Positions 40,518 through 55,175 of a DNA stretch of 64,000 nucleotides are shown here, piece after piece (position 1 is the first letter of the stretch; each line of letters begins with the position of its first letter). The position numbers were made by a program, and so were the translations under genes. Origin of the DNA: Eledone cirrhosa (lineage: Eukaryota); contig OZ024743.1 in NCBI GenBank assembly GCA_964016885.1, positions 286,998,001-287,062,000 on the forward strand, read 5' to 3'. Below the pieces are notes generated by a model that did no database searches, had not been told where the DNA came from, and saw nothing but the letters and a program-made list of their open reading frames with translations.

Positions 40518-40782
40518 ATAAGGAAACAAAGAATCAGTGTTGCATCATATATATATTTAATTACATGTTACATATGTTTCACTGTCGATCAGCTCGACTC
40601 TGGAATCGGAAGCTCCTCAGATACATATTAACATGTAGACTCGCATATGAGGAGCTTCTGATTCCAGAGTCAAAATTGATCATTAATCGATAGCTCCTTG
40701 AGCTGATCGACAGTGAAACACATGTAATATGTAATTAAATATGTATACGATTCAACACTGATTCTTTGTTCCCTTGTATATT
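40518..40782. repeat. Inverted repeat made of two head-to-head hammerhead-bearing arms
   Basis: Minus arm CTGAGGA-GCTTCCGATT..GATCGACAGT-GAAA-CATATG-TA (40570-40620). The plus arm has ATGAGGA and a ~29-nt insertion in stem II. Confidence 0.8.
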
Positions 40783-41659
40783 ATCATTATTGATACTTTG
40801 CTCCCCACGAGCATCGAGTGCTCATATCAGCATACCACCTACAGACGCAATTAATTTGCATCTTTAACCACCTACAGACTCAATTAATTTGCACCTTTAA
40901 TACCTATATATATAATTTTAAAAAAATTTCGCTCTACATCGTTGAATACAATAAATGTAATCTGAGTTTTTCGAATATTAATAATAATAGTCGATTCGTT
41001 TTCAATTATGCAAACAAACCTCATTTTTAAAGCCATGTCAGTAGAATGAGCCCCTCATTCTTGCTCTTGTGTTAGCATGTAAACAGAACTGCCTATATAT
41101 ATATATATATATATACAGAGAGAGAGGAGGGAGTGAGAGAGTTATACCGTTAACTCTTTAGTAATGAATATAATTCATTCCTAATCCTCAACCAGTCCCA
41201 AAAGTTTACATCCAAAGCATCCATTTAAAAATTGATAAAACACAAATTTATAAATAAAAATAAATGTGTATAATGAAATAAAGCTAATAATGCTAATAAT
41301 TGAACAGTGAATATAAGAATGACAAAGCAGAAATAAAAATTCGATTTCAATTAATCATTTTGTTTACATTCCTTTTGTTTCATTTGTTACATATAATTAC
41401 AAGAAAGGCGTGAGCTTATTTAACAGTCAACAAACTATCAAGGGGTACAAAATAAATGTTTACAAGACAAACTGCCTGTAAAGTAAAGCCAAATTAATAT
41501 AAAAGCTAGCCACATGGCATGAATGGGTCAAAATGATCTTTTGTAAGTTTTTAATTTGTAATCTTTGTATAGAAATCATTTGTTGATATGACTTCATTTG
41601 TTATCAAATGAAAAGAAAAAGCATTCATTACCATAATTCAGGTGTTTGTTACCAAATTA

Positions 41660-42800
41660 CTGAAGTAGATGGATTGATAAATAGATAGACAGACTGGAGG
41701 TTGCAAACACAAAGTTCCTCCCTTCTGAGGAGTACACCTCCCAACATAATCTAGTAGTTAGAAATAGAACCATACAAATGCAGAGACAGAAGACAAACAG
41801 GAGAAGAAGGATATGGATGCTGAGGGAGCCCTCAATTGGTATCAAATTCAAGAATGTCCTGTTTGATGGCCTATGACAGTAAGAAAGAGGAATTAGGGGC
41901 TTTCAACATAGAAGAGCAGTGGAAATTCTTGAGAGATAACTTGTTGAAGACCACAAACAACACCTGTGGCTGGAGCAATGCTACTGGAAGTCGGAGAGTA
42001 TTTTGATGGTGGAATAATAGGGTGGACTAAAGCTAAGAGACAAGTATGGAAAGACCGGCAGGATGAGGCAAGCAAGGAACAATATCAAAAGGCTTAGAGG
42101 GAAGTTAAGATGCTAAATACATTCAACAAGGAGAGAAGCAGAAAGTAAGAAGGTTGCACATGTTCCACATCATGAGGAGCAAAAATGTGAGGAATTCTGT
42201 ATTGCAAGGCAGTATGTATGGAAAAATAAAGATGTCATTTTGGAGAGTATATCTGTAATGGCAATGGTGCACATAACTTCACTGATGCACAAAAGAAAGA
42301 AGCCTGGAAAATTCATTATGAGAGACTGTTGAATGAGGAAAATACATGAGAGAAAAAGCCTACTTCAGGTAGACCCAACAGAAGAACTGGTCATCCAAGT
42401 TAAGAGTAGTATGGTAAGTACAGCATTCAAGGATATGAAGATAGGCAAAACAGTAGCCCCCCCCCCCCCCCCGGAAGAGTTGCAGTGATGCTGAAATGAT
42501 CTGGGAGGGTGGACCACACTCTAACCATGTGTATAGTAAATTGGGTAACACAGGATGGTGTCATACCCAATGACTGGTGCAGCAGCATCGTCAACAGCTA
42601 CAAGGACAAAGGAAATGTACAAGATAGAAGAAACTATAAGGGAATCAAGCTGAAAGAGTTTTAGCACAACTGATTAAGGTTAGAATTAACGTAGACAAAA
42701 TAGAGTTCAATTTTGTGCCCAGTAGAGGTACCACTGAGCCCTCTTCCTTGAGAGACAACTGCATGAGGTACATAGCTAAGAGTCATACCCACTACCTAAC
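41660..42800 (+). mobile_element. Highly decayed RTE family 1-like fragment (APE-RT linker, RT N-terminus)
   Basis: NTKFLPSEEYTSQHNLVV; WWNNRV; AWKIHYERLLNEEN; VIPNDWCSSIVNSYKDKG..NYKGIKL. Confidence 0.8.
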
Positions 42801-42829
42801 AATCAATGTAAAAATATAAGTTTGTGAGT

Positions 42830-43050
42830 TTCGTATATCTAATGATATACAGCATATTTAAGAATAAACATTTGGAAAGCCTTCTAGTTGTGAATATCAA
42901 AAGGCTAGCACTGTCTAGCGGATTCCAGCAGAAGCAACGGAGGACAATTGTTTATGTATATTTCATGCTCTAGTCATCATCAGGACAGTGCTTTCCCTGT
43001 TCTCTGCTGGAATTTGAAACAGCCAGAAATATGTAGTTTATATACAGTGA
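42830..43050 (-). mobile_element. Diverged copy of the 23002-23317 hammerhead element
   Basis: Minus strand: ggctgtttcaaattccagcag..ctgtc-CTGATGA-tgactagagcat-GAAA-TATACA-TA-aacaattgtcc..gcttctgctggaa. Confidence 0.6.
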
Positions 43051-43519
43051 GTGCCTTTAACTGAGCCCTCTCTGCAACAAGCACTCAGTCCAGATCTCTG
43101 GTTTGAGGATATCTTTTTGTCACCCTCCCACCTTGAAAAGTGTCAGAGGTTTGGCCTTCTTTCTCTGACAAAAGAGTAAAAACATTCCTAGATGCACTAT
43201 GCTTTGAAACAAAAATATGGGATGCTCATGGCTGGAACATCTTTCATCATAGATCTACTGGACCATAGCTGATATGAAGTTAAACAAAAAAGTACAGTTT
43301 GATATATTGCAAGTTTAGTTTCATTCAATATCTGTAATTATGGATAGGATTGGGTATTGTTACTTAATCGAAGTTTGCAAATGTTGTAACAGAAACCAAA
43401 ACTCAAAGCTAAGCCAACATGATTATTTCATATATCAGAGAAAAGAAACTGAACAGCTCTGGTAATAATGTTTTACTCAAGAGGATTAGCAATATAAAAT
43501 AGTTGAATTGAAACCAGAT

Positions 43520-45822
43520 CTTTGCAAGAAGGGAAGCAGAGGAAAGAAAGTTCAAGCATGTTCTACAACGTGAGGACCAAAAACGTGAGGTGTTCAGGAT
43601 TGTTAGGCAATGTGTCAAGGAAAACCGTGATATTGTCGGGGAGAAGTGTGTCCGTAATGATGATGGTGTACTTGCCATCACTGATGCTGATAAGAAGGTA
43701 GCTTGGAAGTGTCGCTACGAGAGGCTAATAAATGGGAAAAAGATAGTCTGCCACACATCGATCCAATAGAGGGACCAGCAGTGCAAGTTGAAGGTAGTAT
43801 AATAAGTAAGGCAATCAAAGATATGAAGATAGGCAGCTGGGTCTTCGGAGATAGTTGCTGAAATGCTGAAAGCATCTGGAACGGTGGGACACACTATGGT
43901 CACCCGGATAGTAAACCAAGTCATACAGAATGGGGTCATACCAAATGACTGGCGTAGCAGCATCATCATTAACTCTACAAGGGTAAAAGAGATGCCCTAG
44001 ATAGGGGAAACTATGGAGGCATTAAATTAATTGGCCAGGTCATGAAGGTTACAGAAAAGGTTATAGCGCAACTAATCAGAGAGCGAATTGATCTAGATGA
44101 AATGCAGTTTGGGTTTGTGTCAGGTAAAAGTACCACAGACGCTCTTTTCCTTGTACGACAACTACAGGAGAAGTACCTAGCTAAAAGTAAACCCCTATAC
44201 TTAGCTTTTGTTGACTTGGAGAAAGCTTTGACAGAGTCCCCCGTGCCATTATCTGGTGGGCCCTTAGAAAACTAGGGGTTGATAAATGGCTTGTGAGAGC
44301 TATACAAGCGATGTATAAAGAAACAGTCAGCAAGGTTAGAATTAACAACGAATATAGTGAAGAGTTTAGCGTAAAAGTTGGTGTTCATCAGGGCTCCGTC
44401 CTTAGCCTCATCCTATTTATTATTGCCCTTCAGGCTATAACAGAGGAGTTCAAGACCGGCTGCCCATGGGAACTTCTATACGCAGATGATCTAACGCTCA
44501 TAGCTGAATCAATGGCCGAACTAGAGAAGAAATTCCAAACATGGAAGCATGGCCTAGAATCAAAAGGCCTTAAAATTAACTTGTCTAAGACTAAAGTTCT
44601 AGTATGTAGGAAGGAAAATAGGGCACAGGTCCCCTATGGGAAATGGCCATGCTCAGTGTGTAGGAAAGGAATAGGCAGAAATTCCACTTTATGTCGCAAA
44701 TGCAAAGTATGGGTGCATAAAAGATGTTGTGGGATCACAGGTAAGCTATCTAAGAACGTAGATTTTATATGTGGCCGGTGCTCAGGTGCAATAAGTAGCA
44801 AGTGCCCACAGGATACTAGCTCCTCTATTGCCCAGATGGTTCTATAGAAATAGTGAACAGCTTCCGTTACCTGGGTGACAAAATCAACAGTGGTGGAGGG
44901 TGCTCTGAAAGTACAGTAGCCAGAGTCAGAACGGGATGGAAAAAGTTCAGAGAGCTTATACTACTATTGGCCACTAAAGGTTTCTCTCTAAAAATGAAAG
45001 GCAGACTGTATGATGCCTGCATACAAACAGCAATGTTACTTGGGCATTGTGTGCAGAGGATCTGCACAGACTAGAGAGGAACGAAGTATGCATGCTCCGT
45101 TGGATGTGTAATAGTAATATACATGAACAGCAAAGCATAAATGAACTAAATGAGAAATTAGGTATAAGAGGGATCAGATGCTGTTTACTCGAGAGAAGAC
45201 TACGTTGGTATGGTCACATGATGCGCATGAAAGACGACAGCTGTATAAAAAGTGCAGGGCGATCAAAATTGATGGAAGTTACGGAGTAGGTAGACTCAGA
45301 AAAACCTGGGACAATTTGATTAATTCCGACCTTACACACTTACACCTCGCTAAGACAATGTCACTGGACCAAGATCTTTGGTGCTACGCAGTAATACAGA
45401 AGACCTGCCTTGCCTAAGTACAAAGCGAAGCTTACAGTCAGTAGGCACCTCTTAATCAAATATACACCCCCATCCCACTACCCCAACTCCTCCACCCCCA
45501 CCCCCATCAACACCACCCCTTTCTCTGTAAAGATATGTTGGTACCACAACATCCAGTCCTAAATAAATGAGGTCGTGTAGGTGTCACGACAAAAAAACAC
45601 ACACTCCACGCTGTAATGTGGCCGTGTAGGTAACATGGTAAAAACCTCCCAGTCCACACTGTAAACGTGGTTGGTGTTAGGAAGGGCATCCTGCCATAGA
45701 AACCCTGTCAGACAGTCCTATACGAGCGAGACGACCAATCTTGCCTCAAGTGGGACAATTCCCGTCTAAACCCATGCTAGCGTGGAAGATAGACTTTAAA
45801 CGTTGATGATAATGATGATGAT
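43520..45822 (+). mobile_element. 5'-truncated RTE family 1 copy, multiple frameshifts
   Basis: Colinear with the reverse complement of 9157-11400: QFGF, FVDLEKA, GVHQGS, YADD, PHD-like Cys cluster, 3' UTR and (GAT)n tail. Confidence 0.93.
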
Positions 45823-48800
45823 CTGGAACTTTCTTTTTCTTTTCAAACAACACTAAAAGTAAATTTATTGATTACATGATTACACACCCCAGGCTAAGTA
45901 GTATGCTGAGAACTTACCATCATGCTATGATATGTACCATTGCACATTGAAATATAATGATTTCTCAAAAGACTTAAGATTTATAGAAGAATAAATATTT
46001 GACTGTATAGTGTTCACAACAACTTTCTAAAGGAAGTTAACAATAAGTAAAATGGAGTTTAGCTTGAGAGCTTACTTAAACTTGTGCAAAACATATAAAC
46101 ATATAAATGCATACATAATTAGGAACTAAATCTTATACTTACCCATTCCAGTCAATTTATCATGTCCAAGTATTAAAACAAATATGACTACTAACGGAAA
46201 TCAAATCCTGAGAACTGATTGGTTAATGAATTGAATAACAATAACAACAGCAACAACTACAGTTACAACATTACCACCATCAATAGCAAAATATCAGCAA
46301 AAACAAATCAAAATATATTCATTCGTACAGGAAGCATTACTAAATGAATTATGACATACAATATCTAATAAACAAATTATGATAGGAGTGATGTAAAAAT
46401 CAATAGAACTGATGAAATACACTGAAATTCCCTTCACTTTCACCCTTGTTTCAACATTTCATACGGTATAAGAAATAATACAAAGGGATAAAGGTATGAT
46501 TTGTTTGTTTTTCAATGACTTTATGTCTAGGGGTTGTGTTAAGTGAAGAAGGTAAATATATAGTGAGGTATATGACCTATTCAGTTATCAGCCTTTCATC
46601 CAATCCACCCACCTACTCAAAAATTATAACCCCACCTAATGTAAACATTGCTCTGTAAATGGATTGAGATAAATCATGAGCAAGCTGATATGATATATCA
46701 CTTAAGTAGAATTCCTTTGCTGTGCAGACTCTAGTTTATTATAATGAAAACCTGTACTGGTTTTTAGATACTACATTAAAGGATACATTATTATTATGAC
46801 ATGCTCTGAAATAAATGTCATTCAAAATTAATAGGTTTCTATTTTTTTACACAGAGTTCTGGTTCTGGTTTATTTATTTATTTATTTATTTATTTATTAA
46901 GAGAGTATAAATAACCAACTTGACCATTATACATAGTTGCAGCCTAGATATCTGAATTAGATTGGTGTACCTAGTTGTTGCTGCTGTACTAAGAAAATGA
47001 AGAGAAAGGAAGGTGGTGCTATTGACAAATAATTGTTTCTACTTTTGGCACAAGGCCAGCAATTACCCAATGCATTACTGGTACTTTATTCTATCGACCC
47101 CGGAAGGATGAAAGGCAAAGTTAACTATGTTTTCTGGGTGTTAACTATACAGCTCATTCTGTCATAAACTGTAATAGTTGCTGATATGATGACCCTTAGG
47201 GATTCTGTAGGGTGAGCAACCAGAGCACTGTCATCAGTGTATATTTGTTCAATAATTTGTTCAGATATGAGCTTGGTGGTAGCCTGCAGCTTTCTGGTGT
47301 CAAAAGTTAATAGTGACTCTCACCTCCCTGTCTATTTGTTTATGTAACAGTGTGGTTGTACCGAAAAAGGAAATACTAAACAGTACAGGAGCCAGCATGA
47401 AGCTTTGCTTAACTCAGGCTTCTCCCTACCAACAAATTCAGGCAAACAACCAAACTTTCTAAGAACACCTTTATTTCCGAATTCTGAAACAAATCAGTAA
47501 TCTAAAATAGATTTCCTTTGTGCAGCCACACCTTGTCAAATCAAAGGTATTATTTCTGTGGAAATTTTCCTTGACATGATCACATCAAATATTCAGCCTG
47601 TGAGGTGTAAAAAAACATGAACATCTTTTAAAGACCTGCCGATCCTCAAAATAACTAGTGAACGCTTTTATTCTCTCTAAGACACTGACTTATACCTCCT
47701 TTGCAATAAAAGAATCCATCATTTACTTATCCATTCTCAGAATTTCTTTAAAATAGCTTATTAACATGAATGAAATTACACATCTAAACCAGTTGAGCAG
47801 CATATATTGGATAGTTGTGAGCAGACAAGGCAGTGCTCCATAGTCTAGTTTACTTCTCCACATTTACAGATCGTTAAGCCAGTCCCATCTGACCATACTA
47901 TCATACATAACTGCTGCACAGGTGTTTTTCTTGGTGTTTATTTTCTGAGCAAACATTTGTATGTTAATTCAGAGGTTTTCAATCAGATTTCTAGGTGTTT
48001 TGTATAGCCTCACCAACAATCAATAACAAAGTCTTCTTCAATCTATTGTCAAGTTTTAATCCTACAAAATTCCTTAAACTTAAATCATCAGTTGCTAATT
48101 TTATTTAATTGGAAGTGAATAGAATGTTTAAAGAAGACATTCTCAAGTCATGGGACACACTTTGATGTGTTCAAGTATATGCTGTTAATAGTATCAACAA
48201 AAGAGGACTAGTAGTTGACTACTTCAAAATTATTAATATATTCACCTATCTAGATGATTACCCACTGCCCAACTTAGTTAACAATATATGTTCTTACAAG
48301 ATATTTTGTACAAATGACTTACATAGCATGTATGACTGTACTTACATAACATGTATGACTGTACTGAGTTAGATTTTGATAAGTATTTACAGTTTTCAGG
48401 ACAAATAGTCAATTGTTTCAGCTTATATGGTTTAGTTTATGTCTTAGAGTACTGTTTTATTCATAAAACACATTGGAAGGCATGCTTCTAATTAGATGAT
48501 AATACTATAACAAAAATTGATCTAATTTTTTAATAGTTGCTCATAGATCTAAACAACAATAAATGTAAACATTCAACTAAATCCATGTATATTTTTGGTT
48601 ATCAAATTAGCATAATATATTGCATCCAGACTTTTGATGTTCAAGTCCACTTAAAGAAATCTCCATGTTAACTAGTAAACAATCCTTATTGCATATAACA
48701 GATCTGTTTGCTTCTTATTCTTGGTGGGTTCCACGTTTTTCTGGAAGAATAAATCCTCTAATCAATGCTTAGTTTCAACTCTCGGAGGAAGCTGTAATAA

Positions 48801-49293
48801 CAACCAATGACTTAAAAATTTATACTATGGTGTCTGTCAAGGCTAAAGTTGATGAATACATGATGTTTACTGTCAAAACAATTGCTTTTGAAGCCTTTAT
48901 CAGGAGCTTCTCCAAATTAAATTGAAGCAGTTATTTTTTTTTCATCACTAAATTCTAAAAATCATTGTGTGATAGAAAAAGAGATTTATGCAATAGTTGA
49001 GTCTGTCAAATAGTAGAGTCACTTACTTTCACTCAAAGGATTTACCCTAGTGGCTGGTCAGAAATCTTCAGTTTTGATATAAAGTACACCACACACACAC
49101 ACACACACATGCATAAAAAATATTAAAAATGAGAAAGTTTTCTGCTGGCCATTAAAAACTCAGACTATTTTGTTACAAAATCATACATCATCCTGAATCC
49201 CTTAACGATGCCGTAGATCCAGTATCACAAGATTTTTATGAAGTTTCATTGTAGAAACATAGAACTCTACAAATCTCTGTCTGTCTGGCATTT

Positions 49294-49496
49294 TACAAGG
49301 GTTAGCTGAAAAGTCATAGGCTGACCAAGATACTCTCATGGAATAACCAAATGATGTTTATTTTTCAACATAGTCCCTGGAAAGAAACAATGCAGTTATT
49401 AATAAGAAGAGTTGAATTAACGTATGCAAGATTTCACAGCTCTAGCATCAATTCTTCTTCATAGTCAGTCTATGAACTTTTCAACCTACCCTTGTA
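49294..49496. mobile_element. Mariner-type MITE
   Basis: TA-flanked ~30-bp TIRs: TA-CAAGGGTTAGCTGAAAAGTCATAGGCTGAC ... GTCAGTCTATGAACTTTTCAACCTACCCTTG-TA. Confidence 0.8.
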
Positions 49497-49671
49497 TGGT
49501 TGTTGCATTTTGATCAAATATAAAATCTTCCATATTCAGTAGACAACATCAAATGTTTTGTTTCTGGATGCCTCATTTATAAGAACTTAAAACAAAAATG
49601 CTATCTTTTAGAACATCATCTCATCTAAGGGGTACATTTGTTTGGCTGTATGAGCATTAATTTTAAGGGTA

Positions 49672-49892
49672 GAATGGTTTCTGACTTAGGCACAAAGCCA
49701 ACAATTTGAGGGAAGGGGAATGTCGATTAAATCGACTCCAGTGTATTACTGGTATTTTATATTATCGACCCTATAAGGATGAAAGGCAAAGCTAACCTTG
49801 GCAGGATTTGAACACAGAACATAAAGGACCGTAACTCTATGTCACGAAGCATGTTGTCCAATGCTCTACCGATACAGCCAATCTACTGCCCC
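49672..49892 (-). mobile_element. tRNA-derived SINE (family A)
   Basis: Matches the family A consensus; further copies or fragments at ~20175, 20840, 47030, 49960, 62880 and 63110. Confidence 0.85.
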
Positions 49893-50329
49893 TTTTTAAT
49901 ATAATAATTATCTGCTGATTGTTATTAATGAATAGTCCTGTTTACCGTTTGCTTTTCCTAGTCATGGCATTAATTCACTGACTATCATGTCTTTCTTGAT
50001 TACGTTCGATATAATTGACTTTCCCCTCCCGCCAAATTGCTGGCCTTGTGCCTATAGTAGAAATCATTATTTTCTATTTTCGGTTGACTTGGACATATCC
50101 ACTCAGATTGAAGACACTGCTTCATGTTTTCCAAACTAAAGTCCTTGCATGACACATGTGCCCTAATTAGTCAATAACCCTTTTTATCAGCCAGCCCTGC
50201 ATGGGTAGTGTGAATATTCTGTTGGTATCATCTAGAAAACTGTGCCATTGATTCTAAAATTTAATTAAAATAATCTACCTATCCCCTCATAGGAATCTAT
50301 TTTATCTGATGTCTGATATCTGATGTGAT

Positions 50330-51630
50330 CTTTATTGTCTCTCTAGACGCTAATTCCACCAGTTGCAGACTGTGCATCAACATGAGATATTTTTCTCCAC
50401 AAAGTTTGATCACCAACAGCAGAGTTTAAAGAGTAAAGTTTGAGTCCAATTCATAAGTTGACATTATTAAGCCATCTTTTTTAGCTGCTGACCTTTGCTT
50501 CTCTTACTGGCTAACTTTCCTTCTAGGCATAACTTACTCACACCACAAGTTGATCTTTTGATATGACCGTACAGTTTAAGCACTCTTAACCTGACAATCG
50601 ATGTGATTGGTCTAAGTCTGGTGATGTTGAGCAGCTCACTGATACAGATACGGTCGGTGAGCCGCTTGCCAGTCATAAGTCTCATGGTTCTGGAATGTAA
50701 AGAGCTTCTGAAGTGACCTTGTCGTCCAATAAACACAATCAAAACCATATAACACAACTGGTAGGATGTAAGTATCGAAGATCTTAGCCTTCAATTGATA
50801 AAAAACTCATTTTGATGTTAGTACTTCCTTGTTCCTGTTGAAAGCTGCCCAATCGAGAGTGATGTGATACTGCACAGCGACCATTCCATTGTTGTTTGAT
50901 GATAGTTTTGACCGAGAGATACAAACTCTGTAACTTGAGCAATTTACTGGTTGTAGATTGTGAGTTGGAGATTGGTATTGTTTTTATCAGTTGTCATACA
51001 TTTTGTTTTGGAGATGTTGATGTATAAGTCAGTCTTTAGTGAATGTTTGGCCAGTACATTCAGAAAGTTTTGCAAATCAGTTCTAGAGTAACTCATGATG
51101 GCCAGATCGTCTACATAGCTAAGATTTGATAGGATTTTACTCCTATTTGATAGCCAGAGGAGCATTCTTCTTCAGTTTGGTAGATATAGATAAGTGCAGC
51201 TATAACAATACAGAAAAGAAGTGCTGATAGTACATCTCCCTGTTTAACTCCCTTCAAGATGTCTATACACCATGTAGTTCCCAGATTAGTTTTGATATAT
51301 ACTGTTGAGTTGTGTAAGTTTCTTTCAGTAGGTTGATGTATTTCTTGTTAATTGAGGTTTTGTTTAAGAATTGCCATAAGCTGGGTAGTTTCACATTGTC
51401 AAAAGCTTTTGTGAAGTCAATGAAGGTGATGTGCACAGGGTTGTTGAATTCTATTGATTTCTCAATGATTTGTTCAATAGCTAGGATCTGTTCAATAGTG
51501 CCTCTTCCAGATAGTTGTACTCTACAAAAAAGGTAGCAGACTTGATTGTAGGAACTATCGTCCTATCAGCCTATTGAGCCATGTTTACAAGCTTTTCATG
51601 AGTATCATTGCAGCACGAGTGAACTCAGAC
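50330..51630 (-). mobile_element. Decayed RTE-like LINE (family 3) with inverted 5' segment
   Basis: Minus strand from 51508: GRGTIEQI..FIDFTKAFDNV..GVKQGDVLSALLF..LSYVDDLA..INISKTKCM..LKLYGHIKR. Plus strand 51510-51630: IVVLYKKGSRLDCRNYRPISLLSHVYKLF. Confidence 0.88.
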
Positions 51631-54600
51631 AATTATGCCTGAAAATCATTTCCTTAAACACAAGCTGCAGATCTTTATTGTATACATCAACAAACTCAAT
51701 ACCCTATGAACATCTCTTCACCTTTCTTTTTAAAAAAATGGTTACTGAAATGTGTATACCAGGCGGGCTTTCATTACCTGGAAATGTTCTGTTGAGAAGG
51801 TGCATCCATAATAAAAACAACCTTTTATTCCAAGGAGTTGACCTATTAGAGTCAATTCCCAATATATTCACATTCATTTTCCCAGGTAATGTATCAATTC
51901 AGGATTTAATTATTTTAGGAAATACTCCAAATAAGAGGTTGGGTATGACAAGAATACTCTAACTGAATGTAACAATATTCCTAATATGATGAACTATCCA
52001 CAGCTGATCCCCTTTTTTTTATGTTCGTATTAGATAAAAGGAGATGTTTACAGTGTTGGTTAAAAACCTATAGACATATTACATAGTACTGTACAGTACT
52101 GTAAGAAAACACTGTTAATGTAGCAGTAATTTATTCATCAAACTAGCTGCCAAGAATGCATTATAAAAGCAAATTAGTCTAGCCAATTTACTTAAGTCCT
52201 TAGTAATTGTAGATTTATAAGCAAAGTCTTTAAAAAGAGTGATAATTGCTGAAATCCTAATACAAGATTGAAAATAGTTTGGTGGATCCCTCTTTTTGGT
52301 CATGAAGAATATAATATATAATGACAATGTGCTTCTATTTGTCTATACATACAGTGTTAGCTAATAGTCTATAGTATAGAACCCATAAACACCCATGGAT
52401 TTTTTTTTTATTATATAAAATGCATTTTTAAGCATTTTGTATATGAAATTTGAGTAAAAGGATTTGTAACAATACGGGTGTTATCTGATTTTTAAAAAGA
52501 TAAGTGATTTATTTTAATCTATACAGTTCCCGACTTAGTCATCATTCATGATGAAACAGAAATTGATAAAAATAATTAAAATAAATTTCGAAAGATGCCA
52601 AGCATCTTCATAGATCACAACACTTTTATTTATTTATTTGTTATTAGGAATTATTTCTATCATGCCCTGTGTTGTATATTTTTATATATTTCTGATGTAT
52701 ATTGACAAAACATCTAAACACCAGTGATAAACAGGTGTTCTTCAAACAAAGTCCTCTGAGTTATAGACCCTTTCATATTAATCTTGCTATCTACAATGAA
52801 GTGAATCAATTGATTGGCTCATTGGAAACCAGTAACAAATAATGGTTGTTCACAAATCGCAATATAAAAAATGTAAGGGTGAATTCTAACATTTAGAACT
52901 GAAAAATTTATAACATCTGAAAATTTTGTGTTTTCAGTTACAAAGCTGAAGAAAATTTACCAGGTATTTCCAAGCCTTTCACCAGGTGTAGGCCATATGG
53001 CATATGCCATTTATATATTTAGTCTTTGATTTTTGCACAACCCATCTGAGGGCAACTTAATTTCATCATCATCACCATCATTGTTTTAACATCTGCTTTC
53101 CCTGCTAGCAAGAGTTGGACAGGTCTATATAGACTAAGTCAGTACTGAAGTGGAGCAACAGATCTCCCAGGCAGGCCAGGGATCTGTATCTCCATTATGT
53201 ATGGTCAATGCTCCACCAAGTGCATAGGAGAGGTTGTCATGTCTTTGACAAAACTGAGGGTCCTTCCAACCCTTTTTTTGGCAAGATTTCTATGGCTGGA
53301 TGTCCTTCCTACCACCCACGACTTTACAGCATGTCCTTGACGCAACTGAAGGGTCCAGATAAAAAAAATATGTAACACCGTATATACATAATAATTCTTT
53401 AACATTTACATTATTCTATATATATACTACTGCATTTTCACAGTAAAGGTTTTATCTCACATATCGAATCTATGAGATTCTGATATTATTTATTTTGAGA
53501 ATATTACCTTAACATCAGTATGAGTGGCCAGTTACAGCCGGTTTGAACAGAGAACGGTGAGAGAACTGGCTGGATATGGCCAGTTTAAATGTTAATGGGT
53601 TAAATGTCACTTAGAGTTTAGTTTTTGTTTCATTATGTAATGATTTTTAATCAATTTCTGACTATTTTGAAGACCATATTCATTCAAAATACATCAAAAT
53701 CAATAGGAAATATGAATTTCACAACGGCAGTAAAACAGATGTAATATTCACCTAACAAAGAAAAAATATTTTAACATTTCATTTACGTAGAATTTTGAAG
53801 TTGGTTCAATTTGGCAAAATATTGACCTCAAATATAAGTTTACCCCATTTTACCATCGATTTTTTTTTTTTAGATTTCTTGGATTATATACGGTACATCT
53901 CAAAATCGATTGTCCCCATCTCTAAAGACTGCACATTAATCTGTAAAATCTTGTATAATTTATTTTAAATTTATGTAGGATTGGTTTGTTCAGTCATTTA
54001 ACAATATCACACAATGGCCCAATAAAGCAAACGACCAATTGCATTTTCAATTTCCATATTATGTTGTTGATAATCAATATGTTGACATTGGCAAGTAACA
54101 TCTTCTCAGTTAAAATATTCAAATGTTCATTGAATGTTTGTGTAATGCATGTTGTACCTTTAATGAAAAATACTTTTTATTACATTTCATAATGACAGCT
54201 ATAAACAATTCATTGACTTAGCAGCAACGTGGCTCAAAATTGATTATTTAGAGGTGGGGCATTTTTTATTTGGGGATGGGCCCGTCTTTTATTTGGGGGG
54301 ATCCATTTAAGCATGTTCTGCTCAAACGCTTTGAACAGTAACCAAAAATGTTCTCACGGAAAGTTGTAAAATATTATTCTCAAGAGATTCTCAGTAACTG
54401 GAAAGAAAAAAACCCAAATTACAAAGCTATAATGAAATATACTATGACTCATTAACAATTGCTATTGTTATTATTGTTCTATGGTTATATTAATTTTAAT
54501 ATGTAAATATAACCTACTACAACCTAACTGGATGTATACCAATACTCCAGATAACATAGATGCTTCCCTCAGCACCACCACAATAGAGAAAATGTAACAG

Positions 54601-54836
54601 TAATAGCAATAAAAAAAGGCTGAAAGTACAAGTAAAAGATTGTTTATTTAGTATGACTCAATTATCCAATATAGCAGTGAATATAATTAAGTAACTAAAT
54701 GATATGAATTCCCAAACTTAAGTTGATTTTATATTCTCAAACTAAAGGACACAATACTAAGGCATATAACTTCTAGGGGGAGGTAATTTTCAAGGAAAAT
54801 AACTCTTGATAGTTTTTTTAGATGAAAACTAATAAT

Positions 54837-55020
54837 TGTTTCTACTTTTTGGCACAAGGCCAGCAATTAACCAGTTACTGGTACTTTATTTTATCGACCC
54901 CATAAGGATGAAAGGCAAAGTTAACCTCGGCGGGATTTGAACTCAGAATAGCAAGGGCCGTAACTCTATGCGTCAAAGCATGGCGTCCGACCCTCTACCA
55001 ATACTGCCAATCCACCGCCC
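54837..55020 (-). mobile_element. Young family A SINE with 18-bp target-site duplication
   Basis: TAGATGAAAACTAATAAT at 54819-54836 and 55021-55038. Confidence 0.93.
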
Positions 55021-55175
55021 TAGATGAAAACTAATAATAGGAATATATCAACACGGATAATTATGGAATTAGTCGTGAAGTCTTCGTTAACATTTTTACA
55101 TGTTTTATTTACAACTAATTACAAAGAGTTAAGTGGAATGACATGTCAAAGTAAAGAACAAACATTATTAATAGT

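Noticed and set aside
51630-51965. Protein-like minus-strand frame (YWELTLIGQLLGIKGCFYYGC..KARLVYTFQ)
   Set aside because: Several stops and no family I can recognise; needs tBLASTx to decide whether it is a pseudogene.
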